Below the pieces are notes generated by a model. The model worked only from the letters and a program-made list of their open reading frames with translations, was not told where the DNA came from and made no database searches. From Nitratiruptor sp. (lineage in GTDB: Bacteria > Campylobacterota > Campylobacteria > Campylobacterales > Nitratiruptoraceae), in the NCBI GenBank assembly GCA_027036935.1, contig JALWCE010000097.1, positions 380 to 53,004 on the forward strand: 52,625 nucleotides of DNA, in the 5' to 3' direction. The translations under genes and the position numbers were made by a program. Position 1 is the first letter of the stretch; each line of letters opens with the position of its first letter. Positions 20,246 to 29,300 of this stretch are shown piece after piece.

Positions 20246-21109
20246 ATGAAAAAGCTGCTGTGTATAAGTATCGCTTTTACTTTTGCTCTTTTTGCCTCTG
20301 AGCCCTCAGCTTTTGAGGCGGGAGACATCGACGCTCCCAATCCATACGGGTTGACCAAAGATGAAAAGGCGATTTGGCAAAATAGACAGGAGATAAAAGA
20401 GCTCAAGCAAAAACTCTATCTTTTGCAAAACAAAACCAATACTTTAGAACAAAAACTTGTGGGGCTGCGGTCGGTGGTAGAGGGCGTAGATGAGCGATTG
20501 AGAAAGATTGAGAAAAATCTTTCAAATCCTCAAAATGATCTTAGATCCCAAGTAGCTCTTATTCAAAAAGATCTCAATACGACTATCACCGTCCAAAAAG
20601 AGAATTTTACCCAAATCAAAAAGATACTCAAAGAGCTCTCCTCTATGATCGATAAGATCAATAACAGCTATGTCTCCAAATCGGAGTTTCGCTCTGAGCT
20701 AAGAAGACTTTATGCAATGGTGGAGAAAAAGAGGCTCTCCTCCAAAAGCGGCGCCCAGCTTTTCAAAGAGGCAAGAGCGGCTTATCGGGCCCATAGATAC
20801 GATAAAGCTAAAGAGCTTTTTGAAGCCACTCTTGCAAAAAGATATAAACCGGCTTCTAGCCATTTTTACTTGGGGGAGAGCTGCTACTATACCAAGCAGT
20901 ATCAATGTGCGATAGAGCACTATAAAAAAAGCGCCTCTTTATATGCGAAAGCTTCTTATATGCCGACGCTTTTATTACATACGGCTATTTCGCTTGAGCG
21001 GCTTGGCGACAAGAAAAACGCTAAAAAGTTTTATGAAAATCTTCTTCAGTTCTATCCCCGCTCCAAATCGGCTAAGATTGCCAAAAAGCATCTTGAAAAG
21101 CTAAAATAA
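20246..21109 (+). CDS. cpoB: Tol-Pal associated coiled-coil/TPR protein (CpoB/YbgF-like)
   Basis: Start revised to ATG 20246; signal peptide, coiled coil, C-terminal TPRs ending YPRS..A..A; directly after pal. Confidence 0.82.
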   Translation: MKKLLCISIAFTFALFASEPSAFEAGDIDAPNPYGLTKDEKAIWQNRQEIKELKQKLYLLQNKTNTLEQKLVGLRSVVEGVDERLRKIEKNLSNPQNDLRSQVALIQKDLNTTITVQKENFTQIKKILKELSSMIDKINNSYVSKSEFRSELRRLYAMVEKKRLSSKSGAQLFKEARAAYRAHRYDKAKELFEATLAKRYKPASSHFYLGESCYYTKQYQCAIEHYKKSASLYAKASYMPTLLLHTAISLERLGDKKNAKKFYENLLQFYPRSKSAKIAKKHLEKLK

Positions 21110-21136
21110 GTTGTTAATAGTAGTACAAGGTTAATT

Positions 21137-21145
21137 TGTTAAAAT
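21137..21145 (+). promoter_or_regulatory. Extended -10 (TGTTAAAAT) for slyD
   Basis: TGnTAAAAT 30 nt before ATG 21176. Confidence 0.5.
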
Positions 21146-21175
21146 CATCCTACAAATTCACAAAAAGGTAATTTT

Positions 21176-21682
21176 ATGGCAATTGCAGACAACAATGTAG
21201 TGGGTATCGAGTACACCGTCAAAGACGCAAAAACCGGTGAAGTGATCGATAGCAACGTAGGTCAAAAGCCCCTTAAATTTATTATGGGTAAAAATCAGAT
21301 TATTCCGGGTCTTGAGAAAAAGATCAAAGAGATGAATGTAGGAGAAAAGGCTGATGTACTTGTTCCTGCCGAAGAAGCCTACGGTCAAAAAGATGAAAAT
21401 GCGGTACAAACTCTTCCAAGAGAGCAATTTGCGGGAATCGATCTGCAAGAGGGGATGACTTTGTATGGCCAAGGTGAAAATGGCGAAACCGTACAAGTGA
21501 CCGTGAAATCTTTTAACGATAAAGAGGTAACAATCGATTTCAATCATCCTTTGGCTGGTAAAGATCTAATGTTTACTGTAGAGGTCAAAGAGGCCAGAGA
21601 AGCTACTCCCGAAGAGGTAATGACTGGGCAAGTACAAGAAGACGAACATTGTGGCAGCGGCAGCTGCGGTTGTAGCCACTAA
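21176..21682 (+). CDS. slyD: FKBP-type peptidyl-prolyl isomerase SlyD
   Basis: IIPGLE, PAEEAYG, IDFNHPLAGKDL, metal-binding tail EHCGSGSCGCSH. Confidence 0.95.
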   Translation: MAIADNNVVGIEYTVKDAKTGEVIDSNVGQKPLKFIMGKNQIIPGLEKKIKEMNVGEKADVLVPAEEAYGQKDENAVQTLPREQFAGIDLQEGMTLYGQGENGETVQVTVKSFNDKEVTIDFNHPLAGKDLMFTVEVKEAREATPEEVMTGQVQEDEHCGSGSCGCSH

Positions 21683-21686
21683 TTTT

Positions 21687-21701
21687 TGGGCCTTTGGCCC
21701 A
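21687..21701 (+). terminator. Probable intrinsic terminator after slyD
   Basis: TGGGCC-TTT-GGCCCA stem followed by TCTTCTT. Confidence 0.55.
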
Positions 21702-21735
21702 TCTTCTTCCTCCAATCCAATCCTTAAAATCAAAC

Positions 21736-21744
21736 TGCTATAAT
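21736..21744 (+). promoter_or_regulatory. Extended -10 (TGCTATAAT) for fabD
   Basis: Perfect TGnTATAAT, then AAGGAG and ATG 21767. Confidence 0.65.
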
Positions 21745-21766
21745 ACTCCTTAAAAAAGGAGTTTTG

Positions 21767-22699
21767 ATGAAACGTATCGCACTACTCTATCCCGGTCAGG
21801 GAAGTCAAAAAGTTGGTATGGGAAAAGATTTTTACGATAACTCCTCTTTGGCCAAAGAGATGGTTCAAAAAGCTAGCGATAGACTTGGCCAAGATATAAC
21901 CAAACTTCTTTTTGAACCAAACGATAATTTAAATCAAACCCAATGGACTCAGCCAGCCATCTTGCTTGTAAGCTCCATCGCTACCACACTGCTCAAAGAA
22001 GGGGTTGACTTTAGGGCTCGGTATGCTCTGGGCCACTCGTTGGGTGAATTTAGTGCATTGGTGGCAGTGGAGGCTTTGGGATTTGAAGATGGAGTAGAGC
22101 TAGTGCACAAAAGAGGGGAGTTTATGAGCCAAGCGGCTAGAGGTGAAGATGGTGGTATGATGGTGGTAATGGGCCTTGGGGATGAAGAGGTAGAGCAAAT
22201 TTGTACACAAGCGCGCAATGAGGGCAAACGGGTCTGGCCGGCCAATTACAACAGCGATGGACAGATCGTCGTAGCCGGAGTCAAAGCAGATCTACAGGAG
22301 ATGGAGAGCCGTTTCAAGGAAAAAGGAGCCAAGCGGGCGATGCTGCTCAATATGAGTGTGGCAAGTCATTGCCCTCTTATGGAGAAAGCAAGAGAGCCTT
22401 TGCGAGATTATCTTGAGCGTTTTGTCCAAGAGAGTTTTCAAGTTCCCGTTATCTCCAATGTGAGCGCTCAACCCTATAAAAGCAAAGCAGAGGCGATAGA
22501 GCTATTAGACCGCCAGCTCGTAGAGCCGGTGCGCTATAAGCACTCGATCAAAAATATCGAAAAAGATGTGGACCTTTTTATCGAATTGGGCGAGGGCAAC
22601 GTGCTCAAAGGACTCAATCGCCGTATTACCAAAGTACCTACTATCAATGTATCGGATATGAAAAGCCTAGAAGAGGCGATGGAAATAATTTATAGATAA
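21767..22699 (+). CDS. fabD: Malonyl-CoA:ACP transacylase
   Basis: PGQGSQ, TQPAI, GHSLGE, SVASHCPLM. Confidence 0.97.
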   Translation: MKRIALLYPGQGSQKVGMGKDFYDNSSLAKEMVQKASDRLGQDITKLLFEPNDNLNQTQWTQPAILLVSSIATTLLKEGVDFRARYALGHSLGEFSALVAVEALGFEDGVELVHKRGEFMSQAARGEDGGMMVVMGLGDEEVEQICTQARNEGKRVWPANYNSDGQIVVAGVKADLQEMESRFKEKGAKRAMLLNMSVASHCPLMEKAREPLRDYLERFVQESFQVPVISNVSAQPYKSKAEAIELLDRQLVEPVRYKHSIKNIEKDVDLFIELGEGNVLKGLNRRITKVPTINVSDMKSLEEAMEIIYR

Positions 22700-22700
22700 A

Positions 22701-22720
22701 ATTGATATTGATATTGATAT
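22701..22720. repeat. Tandem hexamer (ATTGAT)x3.3, possible Fur-family operator
   Basis: ATTGATATTGATATTGATAT fills the intergenic gap just before the GAGGAG RBS of the 22733 gene. The repeat is seen directly; its function is inferred. Confidence 0.5.
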
Positions 22721-22732
22721 AGAGGAGTTACA

Positions 22733-23302
22733 ATGAAAAAAACAGTCCTATCTCTTTGTACGATGACGCTGCTTTTTGCCCAGATGCAGCCAAAAGAGGC
22801 TTTTGAATATATGAAAAAAGTATTACCCGGCATTTGGACCCTCTCACCTGCCAGCGAGCAAACGGGTACTACCGGTGCCCATAACCATCCAGCCGTTAAA
22901 AGATTGCTTGGCACGGATAGGACTGGAGTAGAGTATCAAGTCATTGGGCGAGGCTCCGCTATCAAAGAGGAGCTTTTGCCCCATACCGTGCGTTGGATGG
23001 TGACGATGTACCATTGTGACGATTTTCACGAGTGTAAGGAGTTACGAGCCACCCACTACTGTGCCAAACAGAACCAGCCAAGTTTTATCTTCAATACCAA
23101 AGAGAGTACCAAAAACAAGCTCATCTTCGATTGTGACGAAGAGCGAAGCGAAGTGTGCGACAGTGATGAGCCCCACGTACATCATATAATCTTGGAGCTA
23201 TCAAACAATGCCCATCATCTTAAATCCTCTTATATTGTCTACAAGAATGGCGAGCGGGCTACCCACCACTCCATCTACCACTTCGACAAGAAAGAGCCTT
23301 AA
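22733..23302 (+). CDS. Secreted His/Cys-rich hypothetical protein (MVTMYH...THYC..NQP motifs)
   Basis: Signal peptide MKKTVLSLCTMTLLFA, GAGGAG RBS, five Cys in the mature part and many His. Confidence 0.8.
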   Translation: MKKTVLSLCTMTLLFAQMQPKEAFEYMKKVLPGIWTLSPASEQTGTTGAHNHPAVKRLLGTDRTGVEYQVIGRGSAIKEELLPHTVRWMVTMYHCDDFHECKELRATHYCAKQNQPSFIFNTKESTKNKLIFDCDEERSEVCDSDEPHVHHIILELSNNAHHLKSSYIVYKNGERATHHSIYHFDKKEP

Positions 23303-23314
23303 GGCGCTCTTGGA

Positions 23315-23320
23315 TATAAT
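23315..23320 (+). promoter_or_regulatory. -10 box (TATAAT) for mtnN-ttcA
   Basis: TATAAT 24 nt before ATG 23345, followed by AAGGAG. Confidence 0.55.
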
Positions 23321-23344
23321 TGCCCAAAACGTCAAGGAGAGGGG

Positions 23345-24085
23345 ATGAAAATCGCAATATTGGGAGCCATGATCGAGGAGATCGAGCCTGTTTTGGCTAA
23401 AATCGAGGAGCTCCCGCCCCATAGTGAGCTCGATTACATTTTGGAGCATATGAGTCGTATCAAGCTCCATACCATAGCGGACAATCGCTACTTTGAGGCC
23501 AAATATAAAGGTATAGATGTAGTGGTGGCCTATAGCAAAATCGGCAAAGTTTATGCGGCACTCAGCGCTTCGGTACTGATCCAGCATTTTAAAGTGGACC
23601 GTCTTCTTTTTAGCGGGGTAGCCGGCGCGCTGAGCGAGGAGCTGCATATTGGCGATTTAGTATCGGCTACAAAGCTGTGCCAGCATGATCTAGATATCAC
23701 CGCCTTTGGCCATCCACCGGGCTATGTGCCCGAGGGTAAAATCTATGTGCAGACCGATCCAGCGTTGCGGCTTTTGGCCAAAGAGGTGGCCAAAGAGCGA
23801 GGGATCGAGCTCAAAGAGGGGATTATCGCCACGGGAGATCAGTTTATTGCCGATCCGAAAAAGAAAGAGTGGATAAAAAAAACCTTTGGAGCCGATGCGA
23901 TCGAGATGGAAGGGGCGGCTGTGGGTGTGGTATGCGACGCTTTTGACGTGCCCTTTTTCGTCCTTCGCTCCATCAGTGACGCTGCCGATATGGATGCTTC
24001 TTTTGATTTTGATGAGTTTTTGCGGCACTCTTCCAAAAGGAGCGCAGATTTTATCATGGCGATGGTGGATCGGATCATTCGATGA
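23345..24085 (+). CDS. mtnN: 5'-methylthioadenosine/S-adenosylhomocysteine (aminofutalosine) nucleosidase
   Basis: IAILGAM.EE, SKIGKV, FSGVAG, TGDQF, IEMEGAAV, LRSISD. Confidence 0.95.
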   Translation: MKIAILGAMIEEIEPVLAKIEELPPHSELDYILEHMSRIKLHTIADNRYFEAKYKGIDVVVAYSKIGKVYAALSASVLIQHFKVDRLLFSGVAGALSEELHIGDLVSATKLCQHDLDITAFGHPPGYVPEGKIYVQTDPALRLLAKEVAKERGIELKEGIIATGDQFIADPKKKEWIKKTFGADAIEMEGAAVGVVCDAFDVPFFVLRSISDAADMDASFDFDEFLRHSSKRSADFIMAMVDRIIR

Positions 24086-24843
24086 AGCGACCGGAGCTTA
24101 GCAAGAAGCTGATCAAACAAGTAGCCAGAACCAATGTGGAGTTTGAGCTCATAAAGCCAAAAGATAGAGTACTTGTAGGTCTAAGCGGAGGTAAGGACTC
24201 CTTGACGCTGGTGCATGCGCTCAAACATATCCAGCGGGTGGCTCCGTACGATTTTACTTTCAAAGCTATCACGATCGTTTATGGTATGGGGGAAAATTAT
24301 GACTTTTTGCGTCGCCACTGCGAGGAGTATGGCATCGAATACGATCTATATGAGACTGAGATTTTTGAGATAGCAAAGGAAAAAATCCGCCAAAACTCCT
24401 CCTATTGCAGCTTTTTTTCCAGGATGCGAAGAGGAGCGCTTTATACCTACGCTTTGGACAACGGCTTTAATAAGCTAGCTCTTGGACACCATCTAGATGA
24501 TGCCATCGAGAGCTTTTTTATGAATATGTTCTACAACGGCACGATGCGCTCCATGCCCCCAATCTACAAGACCCAAAAGGGCTTGCACGTAATTAGACCT
24601 CTTATAGAAGTGCGAGAGGCTCAGCTGGCCGGATTTGTAAAAAGAAACGGCTTTATGGCCGTAGGGGACGAGGCTTGTCCGGCGATGCGTTTTGATATCA
24701 AAGAGCCCTATGTGAGAGAGGATATGAAGCGATTCGTCAAAGAGCTGGAGGGGCGATTTAGGGATGTGGTCAAATACATCAAAGCCTCTTTTCGCCATAT
24801 CCACGACGATACCTTTTTTGATAAAGAGCGTCTAAGGGTCTGA
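24082..24843 (+). CDS. ttcA: TtcA-family PP-loop tRNA thiolation ATPase
   Basis: SGGKDS PP-loop, CSFFSRMRRGALY, ALGHHLDD, IRPL. Confidence 0.82.
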   Translation: MKRPELSKKLIKQVARTNVEFELIKPKDRVLVGLSGGKDSLTLVHALKHIQRVAPYDFTFKAITIVYGMGENYDFLRRHCEEYGIEYDLYETEIFEIAKEKIRQNSSYCSFFSRMRRGALYTYALDNGFNKLALGHHLDDAIESFFMNMFYNGTMRSMPPIYKTQKGLHVIRPLIEVREAQLAGFVKRNGFMAVGDEACPAMRFDIKEPYVREDMKRFVKELEGRFRDVVKYIKASFRHIHDDTFFDKERLRV

Positions 24844-24913
24844 TTATGCCTGTTGTTGTCAAACTATTCTATTTTCTATACAATAAAGAAAATTTAATCT
24901 CCAAGGAGAGTCG

Positions 24914-25600
24914 ATGGGAATTATCAGTGTTAAAGGTGCCGCTAAGGTGGTGCGTTTGTATAATGTGACTACTATGCAGATCGAAGGACTGGATGTAGAA
25001 GATTATGATCTAGAATCAAGAGAAGATGTACGGGAGCTCTTTGAGCGAGTGACAGAGTTTGTAGAAACGGGTGAAGTGGAGGCGTTTGAGCCACCCATTG
25101 AGCTTCAAGGTGTAGATCCTGAGGAGTGTACCATCAAAGTAGGTGAAAAAACCCTCTATCCCGATGAAATTACCCTTAAAAACCAAAATATTATCGATCT
25201 GCTGCCACAAATCCAAGAGAGTGAAGATGGAGAGATCTTCTATATCCAATCTCTTGAGGGTGATGGTCTTTGGGATATCGATGCAGAAGATGAGAATATC
25301 GATCCATCCAAGCTTACTATTGGGTATGTGGACTGCTCTGTTTTATTTGATCAATATGATATTTTGCGAGAGGGGTATTTGGATGTGATCTGCGATACGA
25401 TTTTGCCGCCTACTATTGAAGCGGGAGATATTGTAACAGAGGTGGAGGATTTTGTTTTTCATCCCGTACAGGTTTACGCACAGCTTTATGAGGTCAAAAC
25501 TGATCCTATCACCGGAGTGAAAATTTTGCAAAAGGTTGATTTTGGGGGACGATTTCTTGCTGGAGCCGACTTTTTGGTGGATGATTTTGAGGAGAATTAA
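24914..25600 (+). CDS. Highly acidic hypothetical cytoplasmic protein
   Basis: AAGGAG RBS, own TACAAT -10 at 24879-24884, 228 aa; no family recognised. Confidence 0.8.
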   Translation: MGIISVKGAAKVVRLYNVTTMQIEGLDVEDYDLESREDVRELFERVTEFVETGEVEAFEPPIELQGVDPEECTIKVGEKTLYPDEITLKNQNIIDLLPQIQESEDGEIFYIQSLEGDGLWDIDAEDENIDPSKLTIGYVDCSVLFDQYDILREGYLDVICDTILPPTIEAGDIVTEVEDFVFHPVQVYAQLYEVKTDPITGVKILQKVDFGGRFLAGADFLVDDFEEN

Positions 25601-25620
25601 GGGGGATTAGAGTCCCTCTT
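25599..25620. terminator. Hairpin spanning both convergent stop codons
   Basis: AAGGGGGAT-TAGA-GTCCCTCTT stem (two G-U pairs) at the acidic-gene/recO junction. Confidence 0.4.
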
Positions 25621-26221
25621 GTATTATTTGCCATAACTCCTCTATCTCTTCATCTTCTAAAAACTGCGCATCGCTAGAGTGTATCAAATAAGCAATCTTT
25701 GTTCTATCGAAGCTTCTTTTTGGAATACAAGAGCTGTGTGCGCTCAAAAAGGCCCGCACCAAAACCGGATCCTCTTGGATGGGGGCTTCGCATACGAAGC
25801 ACTCAAAAGAGTGGTGTAAACGCCCCTCAAAGGCTAAAAGCTCTATATAACTCTCCACCATTACTCGTTTGCCCTCTTGTCTGGTAAGTTTTTTGGCCAT
25901 TTTTTGCAAGAGCTCAAAATAGAAAGGATCGACCCTTTCTATACCCTCAAAATGGGAAGCTAATAGAGTGATAAATTGTTGCCATAGTAGCGCTTTGGGT
26001 AAAATTTTGAGCCAGCTGTATCCTAGATGGGTGATACGACGAAGTTTTGGTATATAGCCTAGCGTATATTCGATCTCAAAATCTATCTTATAGCCAAGGT
26101 TGATGGTGCTATGTCTTGCCCCATAAAAGCGATAGAGGGTATGGATGGCGTTTGGGGTGAGGATTTTGACGATGAGATCTTCCTCTTTAAGAGGCGTTAT
26201 TTTAAGAATGTATCCTTGCAC
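25607..26221 (-). CDS. recO: Campylobacterota-type recombination protein RecO
   Basis: MQGYIL...EEDLIV.ILT...YRFYGARHS.I.LGYKIDFE; Zn-finger-like CFVC...H..C. Confidence 0.9.
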   Translation of the reverse strand: MQGYILKITPLKEEDLIVKILTPNAIHTLYRFYGARHSTINLGYKIDFEIEYTLGYIPKLRRITHLGYSWLKILPKALLWQQFITLLASHFEGIERVDPFYFELLQKMAKKLTRQEGKRVMVESYIELLAFEGRLHHSFECFVCEAPIQEDPVLVRAFLSAHSSCIPKRSFDRTKIAYLIHSSDAQFLEDEEIEELWQIIQEGL

Positions 26222-26329
26222 GGTCCACTCTTTATAAGTAGATATTAACGAAAAAGTGGATAAAATACAAAATCTTATACTAAAAACAATATTAAAACTG
26301 GTTTAAAAGCCTGAGAAAGGGTGGATTCA

Positions 26330-29300
26330 ATGGATCTGTTGAGAAGCTATAAAGATAACTGCGGGTTTGGACTGTTAGCGAGCATAGAGAACCGACCCTC
26401 CCATCAAAATGTGGAGGATGCGATCCGCTCTCTTGAGCGAATGATGCACAGAGGTGCCATTGCCGCAGATGGAAAGAGTGGGGATGGGAGTGGGCTTCTT
26501 TTTTCTATGCCCCGCAAATTTTTCAAAAAGCTCTCTAAAAAAGAGGGTTTTGTTTTGCCTTCGATCTACGCCGTGGCAATGGTTTTTTACAAAAATGACT
26601 CCAATCTCGAAGTTTTTAAAGAGCAGTGTCTAAAAAACGATTTACGGGTACTGCATATAAGAAAAGTGCCCGTAGATACGAGCGCTTTAGGTGAGCAGGC
26701 TTTGCAGACACTGCCTAAAATTGCTCAGATTTTCGTCTCCCCAAACTCCCTTATCGCTACTAAGCGTTTTGACGCACTGCTTTATTTGACAAGACGGGAG
26801 ATTGAAAAAGCACTGGAGGGGGATGAAGATTTTTACATTCCAAGTTTTTCGAGCAAGACCATCGCCTACAAAGGGCTCGTGATGCCCACCTACATCAAGC
26901 AGTTCTATCCCGATCTGCAAGATAGGGATTTTGAAGCGAGCTACGCCCTTTTTCATCAGCGCTTCTCTACCAATACTTTGCCAAAATGGAATCTCGCCCA
27001 ACCTTTTCGTATGATTGCCCATAACGGAGAGATCAACTCCATTGCTGCCAATCGCTACAATGTTTTGGCCAAATGCGAAGCTCTCAAAAGCGAAGTTTTT
27101 AGCCCAGAGGAGTTGGAGCGTATCTTGCCCCCTCTTGAGCCAGAAGCTAGCGACAGCAAGAGTTTGGATAATTTTTTTGAGTTTTTGATCGTCAACGGCA
27201 TGGAGTTTTTCAAAGCGGCCCGTGCTTTGATTCCGGCTCCTTGGCAAAATGCTCCTCATATGGATGCGAAGCTTCGCGCCTTTTACGAGTATACAAGTAC
27301 CTGTTTTGAAGCGTGGGACGGCCCGGCTGCAGTGAGTTTGTGTGACGGACGCTATATCGGATGCGTGCTTGATCGTAACGGTTTGCGGCCGGCCAAATAT
27401 ATTATCACCAAGGACAAGCGTCTCATTATCGCTAGCGAGTATGGTATTTTGGGCGTGCCTGAAGAGAATATCGTAGAGCGAGGCCGTTTGCAAAGTGGGG
27501 AGATGATCGCTCTTGATCTCAAATATGGAGTAGTGCTCAAAAACGAAGATATCAACGACTATCTCAAAAATTCCAACCCCTACGATCAGTGGCTTAATCA
27601 AAATATGGTCTACTTGCAAGAGCACATCGAAACGCCCTTTAGCGGTCTAGAGGAGTATGAACTCGAAGACATTGTACATAAACAGCGCTACTATAATATT
27701 ACCCACGAGCTTGTGGAGCAGGTGATCGAGCCGATGATCAAAGAGGGTAAAGAGGCGGTAGGAAGTATGGGCGACGATACGCCAATGGCCGCTTTTAGTG
27801 ACAAACAGCGAGCCTTTACCGACTTTTTCAAGCAAAAATTTGCCCAAGTCACCAATCCGCCCATCGATCCCATACGAGAAAAGATCGTCATGAGCCTCAA
27901 TACCGGTTTTGGCGAGATCCATAATATTTTAGATGAAAATCCTGACCATGCCATCCGTCTCAAGGCGATCTCTCCTATATTGATTAAAGAGAAGATGGAT
28001 GTACTGCGCTCCTATGGGGACGAGAAGCATCCACGCTATCGGGCTTGTTACAAAAACAAAACTTTCTCCACTGCTTTTGAAAAAAATCTCAAAAAAAGTT
28101 TAGAAGAGCTCACCGACGAGATTGTACGTTCGGTTAAAGAGGAGGGGGTGCGCATCGTCTTTTTAGACGATAGGCAGCTGAGCCCCCATCGTAAAACCAT
28201 GCCTATGGCGATGGTGATCGGAAGACTCAACAAAAAGCTACTTGACAGCAAGGTCCGTCATCTCGTCTCCATGGTAGCGATCACCGGCGAGGTGCACGAT
28301 TCCCATTCTGCCGCAGTGATGGTTGCCTATGGGGCCAGTGCGGTTTATCCTTATTTGCTTTTTGCCACCGTGTACGAAAAGCTCAAAAAGCAAGAGCTTA
28401 CCTCTTTTGAGTTTCGCAATCGATTTAAAAATGTAATCAACGCTCTTAATGGGGGATTTTTAAAAATTATGTCCAAGATGGGAATTTCTACCATCGCTTC
28501 GTATCGAAACTCCGGGCTTTTTGATGTATTGGGGCTTGATAGGGAGTTAGTGAGCGAGTGTTTTACCAACTCTCAAGCCCTGCTGCCAGGACTTACATAT
28601 GAAGATATCGAGGAGCGGCTGGATCGCTACCACAAAAAGGCATACGAGATCGATCTAGAAAAGAGAATTTTCCCGCTAGAGCTGGGAGGGTACTACAAAT
28701 ACATAGACGGAAGCGAATACCACGATTTTGCTCCAAATACCGTCAATCAGATCCACAAAGTCTCTGTGACAGGGGATGAGCGAGACTATCAAGAGCTTAA
28801 AAAGATGGTAGATGGTAGGGGCCTCAAGTTTATCCGTGACTTTTTTGAGCTGCACAGCGACAAAGAGTCCATTCCTTTAGATGAGGTGGAGCCTGTGGAG
28901 GATATATTCAAACGTTTTGACTCAGCGGCGATGAGTCTTGGCTCTATTAGCCCCGAGGCCCACGAATGTATCGCCGAAGCGATGAATAAGATCGGAGCCA
29001 AAAGCAACTCCGGTGAGGGTGGCGAGGATCCAAGACGATTTGGCACCATCAAAAATTCCAAAATCAAACAGGTCGCCAGCGGGCGCTTCGGTGTGACCCC
29101 TGCCTATCTTAGAAGTGCTGAAGAGATCCAGATCAAGATCGCTCAAGGGGCAAAACCGGGCGAGGGTGGGCAGCTGCCCGGCCACAAAGTCACCGCTCTT
29201 ATCGCCAAGCTTCGCCATACGATGCCAGGAGTCACACTCATCTCCCCACCCCCGCATCACGATATCTACTCTATCGAGGATTTGGCCCAGTTGATTTTTG

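Noticed and set aside
21640-21682. Cys/His tail of SlyD as a novelty
   Set aside because: Known metal (nickel)-binding feature of SlyD.
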